From: a virus
Taxonomy: Duplodnaviria > Heunggongvirae > Uroviricota > Caudoviricetes
Length of the DNA stretch: 30,775 nucleotides
IMG/VR virus record: IMGVR_UViG_2877958089_000005
Reading direction: 5' to 3' (one strand)
Below the pieces are notes generated by a model that saw only the letters and a program-made list of their open reading frames with translations, ran no database searches and had not been told where the DNA came from. The translations under genes and the position numbers were made by a program. Shown piece by piece: positions 24,410 through 30,775 of this stretch. The first letter of the stretch is position 1. Each line of letters starts with the position of its first letter.

Positions 24410-25588
24410 ATGAGTGATTTTCACCACGGCGTGCAGGTGCTTGAGATTAACGACGGCACCCGCGTCATTTCCACTGTTGCAACCGCAATCGTCGGCATGG
24501 TCTGTACAGCCAGCGATGCGGATGCGGCAACCTTTCCCCTCAACGAGCCGGTACTGATTACCAATGTGCAAAGCGCCATTGCGAAAGCCGGTAAAAAAGG
24601 CACGCTGGCCGCGTCCCTGCAGGCCATCGCCGACCAGTCAAAACCTGTCACAGTTGTCGTGCGTGTTGCCGAAGGTACCGGAGAAGACGCCGAAGCGCAG
24701 ACCATTTCCAATATCATCGGCGGCACGGATGAGAACGGTAAATATACCGGCATCAAGGCGCTGTTGACTGCCGAAGCAGTCACCGGCGTTAAGCCGCGCA
24801 TTCTCGGCGTGCCGGGTCTCGATACCAAAGAGGTCGCAGTCGCACTTGCTTCGGTCTGTATCAGCCTGCGCGCCTTTGGCTATATCAGCGCATGGGGTTG
24901 TAAAACCATTTCCGAGGCGATGGCCTATCGCGAGAATTTCAGTCAGCGCGAGCTGATGGTCATCTGGCCTGATTTCCTTGCATGGGATACCACCACAAAC
25001 GCCACCGCACCGGCATACGCAACTGCGCGCGCACTCGGCCTGCGTGCCTATATCGACCAGACCGTCGGCTGGCACAAAACCCTGTCTAACGTCGGCGTGC
25101 AGGGTGTTACCGGCATCAGTGCGTCAGTGTTTTGGGATTTGCAGGCATCCGGCACCGATGCTGATCTGCTCAACGAGGCCGGGGTCACGACACTGGTGCG
25201 TAAGGATGGCTTCCGCTTTTGGGGTAACCGCACCTGCTCTGATGACCCGCTTTTCCTGTTTGAGAACTACACCCGCACCGCGCAGGTGCTGGCCGACACG
25301 ATGGCCGAGGCGCACATGTGGGCGGTCGATAAGCCCATCACCGCATCACTTATCCGTGACATTGTCGACGGCATTAACGCCAAATTCCGCGAGCTGAAAT
25401 CAAACGGCTACATCGTGGACGGTGAATGCTGGTTCGACGAGGAATCGAACGATAAGGAAACCCTCAAGGCCGGGAAACTGTATATCGACTACGACTATAC
25501 ACCGGTTCCACCACTGGAAAGCCTAACCCTGCGCCAGCGTATCACCGATAAATATCTGGTGAATCTGGCCGAATCGGTCAACAGCTAA
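24410..25588 (+). CDS. FI: Tail sheath protein FI
   Basis: Track ORF starts at 24383; ATG 24410 preceded by GGAG gives MSDFHHGVQVLEINDGTRVISTVATAIVGMVCTASDADAATFPLNEPVLITNVQSAIAKAGKKG..., closely resembling the P2 FI N-terminus; 392 aa. Confidence 0.9.
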   Translation: MSDFHHGVQVLEINDGTRVISTVATAIVGMVCTASDADAATFPLNEPVLITNVQSAIAKAGKKGTLAASLQAIADQSKPVTVVVRVAEGTGEDAEAQTISNIIGGTDENGKYTGIKALLTAEAVTGVKPRILGVPGLDTKEVAVALASVCISLRAFGYISAWGCKTISEAMAYRENFSQRELMVIWPDFLAWDTTTNATAPAYATARALGLRAYIDQTVGWHKTLSNVGVQGVTGISASVFWDLQASGTDADLLNEAGVTTLVRKDGFRFWGNRTCSDDPLFLFENYTRTAQVLADTMAEAHMWAVDKPITASLIRDIVDGINAKFRELKSNGYIVDGECWFDEESNDKETLKAGKLYIDYDYTPVPPLESLTLRQRITDKYLVNLAESVNS

Positions 25589-25603
25589 GGAGCCTGAAAC
25601 AAC

Positions 25604-26122
25604 ATGGCACTACCCCGCAAACTTAAATATCTGAACATGTTCAATGACGGCCTTAGCTACATGGGCGTTGTTGAATCCGTGACGCTGCCGAAGCTGACCC
25701 GCAAGCTCGAAAACTATCGCGGCGGCGGCATGAATGGCGCGGCGGCGATTGACCTTGGTCTCGACGATGATGCGCTCACCGTCGAATGGTCTGTCGGTGG
25801 CCTGCCTGATGTGGCGCTATGGGCGCAGTACGCCGCGCCGGGTGCTGACGCTGTGCCGTTGCGTTTTGCTGGCTCTTACCAACGTGACGACACTGGCGAA
25901 ATCGTGGCGGTCGAGGTGGTCATGCGTGGCCGTCATAAAGAAATCGACGGCGGCGAGAATAAGCAGGGTGAAAACACCTCGACCAAACTGTCGACCGTAT
26001 GCACCTATTACCGCCTCACGATTGATGGTAGCGACGTCATCGAAATCGACACCGTCAACATGGTTGAGAAGGTGAACGGCGTCGACCGTCTGGAACAGCA
26101 CCGCCGCGCAATCGGGCTGTAA
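25604..26122 (+). CDS. FII: Tail tube protein FII
   Basis: 172 aa, same length as P2 FII; SD AAGGAG. Confidence 0.9.
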   Translation: MALPRKLKYLNMFNDGLSYMGVVESVTLPKLTRKLENYRGGGMNGAAAIDLGLDDDALTVEWSVGGLPDVALWAQYAAPGADAVPLRFAGSYQRDDTGEIVAVEVVMRGRHKEIDGGENKQGENTSTKLSTVCTYYRLTIDGSDVIEIDTVNMVEKVNGVDRLEQHRRAIGL

Positions 26123-26185
26123 TTCCCTGACCGGTCAGCACTGCTGGCCGGTTATTAATCCCCATTCAGAGCAGAGAAAAACATC

Positions 26186-26521
26186 ATGGCAAAAGCACCA
26201 CGTAAAACCGCTGAATTTGTTGATATGGCTGGCAATGAAATTGACACCGTAAACCCGAACGTCGTGACCCTCGACAAGCCGATTAAGCGCGCCGGTCAGA
26301 CGATTGATAAAGTCACCCTGATTGAGCCGAACGCCGGTACCCTGCGCGGTGTCAGTCTGGCGGCGGTGGCGCAGTCCGAGGTCGATGCGCTGATTAAAGT
26401 GCTGCCCCGCATGACCTATCCCGCGCTCACCACGCAGGAGCTAACCGCGATGAACCTGCCCGATATGCTTTCGCTGGCCGCTAAGGTGATTGGTTTTTTG
26501 TCACCGGCTTCGGCGGAGTAG
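26186..26521 (+). CDS. E: Tail assembly chaperone E
   Basis: 111-aa ORF ending just after a TTTTTTG slippery heptamer; position as P2 E. Confidence 0.85.
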   Translation: MAKAPRKTAEFVDMAGNEIDTVNPNVVTLDKPIKRAGQTIDKVTLIEPNAGTLRGVSLAAVAQSEVDALIKVLPRMTYPALTTQELTAMNLPDMLSLAAKVIGFLSPASAE

Positions 26522-26673
26522 ATTTTCCGCCCGACCTGTCGACCGATGACCTGATGGCGGATATTGCAGTGATATTCCACTGGTCGCCATCAGAGCTCTA
26601 TTCCCTGAGCCTGACCGAGCTCATCACATGGCGCGAAAAGGCGCTACAGCGTAGCGGAAACCACAATGAGTAA
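26186..26673 (+). CDS. E+E' frameshift product (programmed -1 ribosomal frameshift at T_TTT_TTG, 26494-26500)
   Basis: After a -1 slip the reading frame continues ...DFPPDLSTDDLMADIAVIFHWSPSELYSLSLTELITWREKALQRSGNHNE, matching my recollection of the P2 E' extension, and stops at 26671-26673, overlapping the T start. Confidence 0.8.
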
Positions 26674-29110
26674 TAACCTGAGGCTTGAGGTATTGCTGAA
26701 AGCGGTCGACCAGGCGACCCGACCGCTTAAATCCATCCAGACCGCGAGTAAAACCCTCTCGGGTGATATTCGCGACACACAAAAAGGGCTGCGTGACCTG
26801 AACGGTCAGGCATCGAAAATCGACGGCTTTCGCAAGGCAAGCGCTCAACTGGCCGTGACCAGTCAGTCGCTTGAGAAAGCGAAACGCGAAGCCGGTGAAC
26901 TGGCCGTGCAGTTTAAAAACACCACCAGTCCGACCCGGGCGCAGGCGCAGGCACTCGACGCTGCAAAGCGTGCCGCCTCTGAGCTGCAGACGAAATACAA
27001 CAGCCTGAGAGCGTCGGTACAGCGTCAGCGCTCCGAGCTGATGCAGGCCGGTATTAATACCCGCACCCTGTCTGCTGATGAGCGTCGGCTCAAAACCTCC
27101 ATCAGCGAAACGACGGCGCAGCTTAACCGCCAGCGTGAGGCACTGGCGCGCGTCAGTGCGCAGCAGGCGAAATTAGGCCGGGTGAAAGAGCGATATAAAT
27201 CAGGCAAGGAGCTTGCCGGTAACATGGCCGCTGCAGGTGCTGCCGGGGTCGGTATTGCGACAGCGGGAACGATGGCCGGGGTTAAATTGCTGATGCCCGG
27301 TTATGACTTTGCGCAAAAAAACTCCGAGCTGCAGGCTGTGCTCGGGGTCGATAAGCAGTCGCCAGAAATGCAGGCGTTACGCAAACAGGCGCGCCAGCTC
27401 GGTGACAATACAGCCGCTTCTGCTGATGATGCTGCCAGTGCGCAGATTATCATTGCAAAAGGTGGTGGTGATGCGGCGGCTATAGCGGCCATGACACCTG
27501 TGACTCTCAACCTGTCGCTTGCAAACAAAAAAACAATGGAGGAAAACGCGCAACTGTTGATGGGGACAAAAGCCGCCTTTCAGCTTTCTAATGACGCGGC
27601 TGCGCATATCGGTGATGTTCTTTCAACCACGATGAACAAAACCACCGCTGATTTTCAGGGACTAAGTGACTCATTAAGTTACCTTGCCCCTGTTGCGAAA
27701 AATGCTGGGGTGAGTCTTGAACAGGCGGCGGCGATTACCGGCACACTTCATGATAATAACATCAGGGGGTCAATGGCTGGGACTGGCGGCGCTGCTGTTA
27801 TAACGAGACTACAGGCACCCACAGGCAAAGCATACGATGCTCTCAAAGAGCTGGGAGTTAAAACCTCAGACAGCAAAGGCAATACGCGCCCGCTATTTAC
27901 CATCCTGAAAGAAATGCAGGCCAGTTTTAAGCGCAACAATCTTGGTACCTCACAAAAGGCCGAGTACGTGAAAACGATATTCGGCGAGGAGGCTATGAAG
28001 TCTGCAAGTGTCCTTATGGCGGCAGCGGCAAGCGGAAAACTCGATAAGCTAACTGCCACGATAAAGGATTCAGACGGTAAAACAGAGGAGCTGGTCAAGG
28101 TTATGCAGGATAACCTCGGCGGCGACTTCAAGGAGTTCCAGTCAGCATATGAGGCGGTCGGCACTGACCTCTATGACCAGCAAGATAGCTCATTGCGTCA
28201 GCTAACTCAGACAGCAACACGGTATGTGCTAAAGCTTGATGACTGGATCAAAGACAACAAGGAGTTAGCGGAAACTATCGGCATCATCGCCGGTGGTGCG
28301 CTGGCGCTGATTGGTATCATCGGCGGCATTGGTCTCGTTGCGTGGCCGGTTGTCATGGGGATTAATGCAATTATCGCCGCTGCTGGCGTGCTGGGTACGG
28401 TCTTTACTGTCGTCGGTAGTGCCATTGCGACAACGCTCGGTGCGATTACCTGGCCGATAGTGGCCGTCGGTGCGGCGATTGTGGCGGGGGCGCTACTCAT
28501 CCGTAAATATTGGGAGCCCATCAGCGCATTTTTCTCGGGAGTGATTGAAGGCATCATGAGTGCCTTTGCCCCAGTCGGGGAAATGTTAGCTCCACTGGCT
28601 CCCATTTTTGATGGTCTCGGCGAGAAACTGCGCGGCGTCTGGCAGTGGTTTAAAGACCTGATAGCACCGGTTAAGGCCACGCAGGAAACGCTTGATAGCT
28701 GCAAAAATGTCGGCGTCATATTTGGTCAGGCACTGGCCTCTGCCTTGATGGCTCCGCTCAATGTTTTTAACAAGCTGCGCAGCGGTGTCGACTGGCTTCT
28801 CGAAAAGCTCGGCATCATCAACAAAGAGTCGGACAGCCTCGACCAGACCGCCGCCAAAACCAATGCCGCCACACAGGGTAATTCCTACATCCCAGCAACC
28901 AGCACATATGGCGGTTATCAGGCTTATCAGCCAGTTACCGCACCGGCGGGGCGCTCTTACATTGACCAGAGCAAAAGCGAATACAACATCAATCTGCCGG
29001 GAGGTGTTGCGCCGGGGCATCAGCTTGACAGACAACTACGCGACACGCTCGAACAGATTGAGCGCGATAAACGCGCCCGCCAGCGTGCCAACATGACCCA
29101 CGACTATTGA
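26666..29110 (+). CDS. T: Tail tape measure protein T
   Basis: 814 aa; coiled-coil N-terminus, Gly/Ala-rich hydrophobic central region (IAGGALALIGIIGGIGLVAWPVVMG...); size as P2 T. Confidence 0.9.
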   Translation: MSNNLRLEVLLKAVDQATRPLKSIQTASKTLSGDIRDTQKGLRDLNGQASKIDGFRKASAQLAVTSQSLEKAKREAGELAVQFKNTTSPTRAQAQALDAAKRAASELQTKYNSLRASVQRQRSELMQAGINTRTLSADERRLKTSISETTAQLNRQREALARVSAQQAKLGRVKERYKSGKELAGNMAAAGAAGVGIATAGTMAGVKLLMPGYDFAQKNSELQAVLGVDKQSPEMQALRKQARQLGDNTAASADDAASAQIIIAKGGGDAAAIAAMTPVTLNLSLANKKTMEENAQLLMGTKAAFQLSNDAAAHIGDVLSTTMNKTTADFQGLSDSLSYLAPVAKNAGVSLEQAAAITGTLHDNNIRGSMAGTGGAAVITRLQAPTGKAYDALKELGVKTSDSKGNTRPLFTILKEMQASFKRNNLGTSQKAEYVKTIFGEEAMKSASVLMAAAASGKLDKLTATIKDSDGKTEELVKVMQDNLGGDFKEFQSAYEAVGTDLYDQQDSSLRQLTQTATRYVLKLDDWIKDNKELAETIGIIAGGALALIGIIGGIGLVAWPVVMGINAIIAAAGVLGTVFTVVGSAIATTLGAITWPIVAVGAAIVAGALLIRKYWEPISAFFSGVIEGIMSAFAPVGEMLAPLAPIFDGLGEKLRGVWQWFKDLIAPVKATQETLDSCKNVGVIFGQALASALMAPLNVFNKLRSGVDWLLEKLGIINKESDSLDQTAAKTNAATQGNSYIPATSTYGGYQAYQPVTAPAGRSYIDQSKSEYNINLPGGVAPGHQLDRQLRDTLEQIERDKRARQRANMTHDY

Positions 29111-29123
29111 GGGGGATTAAACG

Positions 29124-29609
29124 ATGATGCTTGCTCTCGGAATGTTTGTGTTTGAACTTCGCACCCTGCCTTACCAGTCGATGCAGCATTCGAAAGATTA
29201 TCGCTGGGTGTCCAATGACCGGGTGGGTAAACCACCTGCCTATCAGTTTCTTGGCGAGGGGGAAACCTCTATACAGCTTGCTGGTACGCTATACCCCGCT
29301 ATCACTGGCGGTTGGATCTCACTTAAGGCTGTAGAGGTGATGGCCAATGAAGGCAGAGCGTGGCCGTTGATAGAGGGAACCGGAAATATCCTCGGGATGT
29401 ATATCGTCGATAAAGTATCGACTACACGCACCGAGTTTTTCAGTGATGGTGCGGCCAGAAAGATTGATTTCACGCTTTCGCTAAAACGGGTTGATGAATC
29501 GCTGACAGAGATGTTTGGTGACCTGAATAAACAGGCCAGTGAGCTTCTCGGCTCTGCCGGTAATTTGACAGATAAACTGCAGGGTATGCCCGGAGGTTTC
29601 ACTGCATGA
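29124..29609 (+). CDS. U: Tail protein U
   Basis: 161 aa; position and size as P2 U. Confidence 0.85.
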   Translation: MMLALGMFVFELRTLPYQSMQHSKDYRWVSNDRVGKPPAYQFLGEGETSIQLAGTLYPAITGGWISLKAVEVMANEGRAWPLIEGTGNILGMYIVDKVSTTRTEFFSDGAARKIDFTLSLKRVDESLTEMFGDLNKQASELLGSAGNLTDKLQGMPGGFTA

Positions 29610-30775
29610 TAACGGGGATGGCAATTGACGCCGGTGCCAGCCTTGCACCGGCATTTATGTTGACGCTGAACAGCCAGGACATTACCAGCAATTTTAGTGA
29701 CCGATTGATTTCTCTCACCATGACCGATAACCGGGGTTTTGAGGCTGACCAGCTCGATATTGAGCTTGATGATACCGACGGGAAAGTTGAGTTACCCCTG
29801 CGCGGGGCAGTGCTGACGCTGTGGCTTGGCTGGCAGGGCTCGGCGTTGCTGAATAAGGGGGATTTTACGGTCGATGAGATTGAGCACCGGGGAGCGCCTG
29901 ACACCCTGACCATCCGGGCGCGCAGCGCGGACTTTCGCGGCACGCTAAATTCCAGGCGTGAAGAGTCATGGCATGACACCACCATCGGAGAACTGGTCAG
30001 CACCATCGCAAAACGCAATAAACTGACGGCCAGTGTCGCTGATTCACTGAAAAAAATCCCGGTACCGCATATCGACCAGTCGCAGGAGTCCGACGCGGTG
30101 TTTCTGACCCGGCTAGCTGACCGAAACGGAGCTGCGGTGTCAGTGAAAGCGGGGAAATTGCTGTTTCTGAAAGTCGGTAGTGCGATGACGGCCAGCGGCA
30201 GACCCATCCCGCAAATGACGCTGACCCGTAGCAATGGTGACCGTCATCAATTTGCTATTGCCGACCGTGGGGCTTATACCGGCGTAACGGCAAAATGGTT
30301 GCACACCAAAGACCCGAAGCCGCAAAAGCAAAAAGTGACGCTGAAACGCCAGCCAAAAGAGAAACACCTACGCGCACTGGAGCACCCGAAAGCAAAACCT
30401 GTCAGCAAAAAGACAAAGGCCAAAAAAGAGCAGGAGGCTCGCGAGGGTGAGTATATGGCCGGTGAAGCCGATAACGTGCTGGCGCTGACAACGGTCTACG
30501 CATCAAAGGCGCAGGCGATGCGTGCCGCTCAGGCTAAGTGGGATAAACTGCAGCGAGGCGTTGCGGAGTTTTCAATCACACTGGCGCTAGGGCGAGCGGA
30601 TTTATTTCCTGAGACGCCTGTACGTGTGTCGGGCTTTAAGCGCGTCATAGACGAGCAGGCATGGTTAATCAGCAAGGTGACCCACAACCTCAATAATAAC
30701 GGTTTCACGACGGGCTTAGAGCTTGAGGTTAAACTCTCCGATGTGGAGTACAGCTCAGAAGAAAATGAGGAGTGA
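29606..30775 (+). CDS. D: Tail protein D (late control/tail protein, gpD family)
   Basis: 389 aa; overlaps the U stop; stop codon at the last 3 bases of the window. Confidence 0.85.
   Translation: MITGMAIDAGASLAPAFMLTLNSQDITSNFSDRLISLTMTDNRGFEADQLDIELDDTDGKVELPLRGAVLTLWLGWQGSALLNKGDFTVDEIEHRGAPDTLTIRARSADFRGTLNSRREESWHDTTIGELVSTIAKRNKLTASVADSLKKIPVPHIDQSQESDAVFLTRLADRNGAAVSVKAGKLLFLKVGSAMTASGRPIPQMTLTRSNGDRHQFAIADRGAYTGVTAKWLHTKDPKPQKQKVTLKRQPKEKHLRALEHPKAKPVSKKTKAKKEQEAREGEYMAGEADNVLALTTVYASKAQAMRAAQAKWDKLQRGVAEFSITLALGRADLFPETPVRVSGFKRVIDEQAWLISKVTHNLNNNGFTTGLELEVKLSDVEYSSEENEE

Larger units (their letters stand above)
1..30775 (+). mobile_element. P2/186-family prophage (attL/int end through tail gene D; ogr/attR end lies beyond the window)
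   Basis: Gene order and product identities follow the P2 map in prophage orientation: int-cI-apl-cII...A, cos, Q P on minus strand, then O N M L X Y K lysB lysC R S V W J I H G FI FII E/E' T U D. Several products (X, V, FI, E' extension) closely resemble P2 proteins as I recall them. Confidence 0.9.

Noticed and set aside
24421-25397. ORFs 24421..24828 (-), 24638..25075 (-) and 24978..25397 (+) within FI
   Set aside because: Overlap the tail sheath gene in other frames or on the other strand; the sheath assignment is much stronger.
27748-30234. Minus-strand ORFs 27748..28164, 28207..28719, 28586..29035 and 29599..30234 within T, U and D
   Set aside because: Antisense to tail genes; no independent support.

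Overview
This 30.8-kb window is almost entirely one P2/186-family temperate myovirus prophage in prophage orientation. It runs from the attL-proximal integrase, through a 186-type lysogeny switch (cI, apl, cII), replication gene A, a LexA-boxed tum/dinI-like SOS module, a cos-like site, and the P2-order late cluster Q P (minus) then O N M L X Y K lysB lysC R S V W J I H G FI FII E/E' T U D; the window ends at the D stop. Three things stand out beyond the backbone. (1) An AT-rich, antisense two-gene cargo inserted between tail genes S and V, encoding a 4-TM membrane protein translationally coupled to a histidine-triad (HIT) family enzyme: the best candidate for an undescribed accessory or anti-phage system. 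(2) A Mu G-segment-like invertible tail-fibre cassette with two hix-like inverted sites, whose adjacent invertase is reduced to a frameshifted remnant, and which contains a 100-N assembly gap. (3) Small morons and oddities: a DUF2511-like secreted protein between cI and int, a cI with a tandemly duplicated HTH, an in-frame amber codon between the tum-like ORF and the DinI-like ORF, two 69-bp hairpin-containing direct repeats flanking a small ORF, an unannotated 33-aa hydrophobic peptide, and a DUF2188-like gene between cos and Q. All calls rest on reading the sequence and ORF translations by eye against remembered family features; no database search was run.
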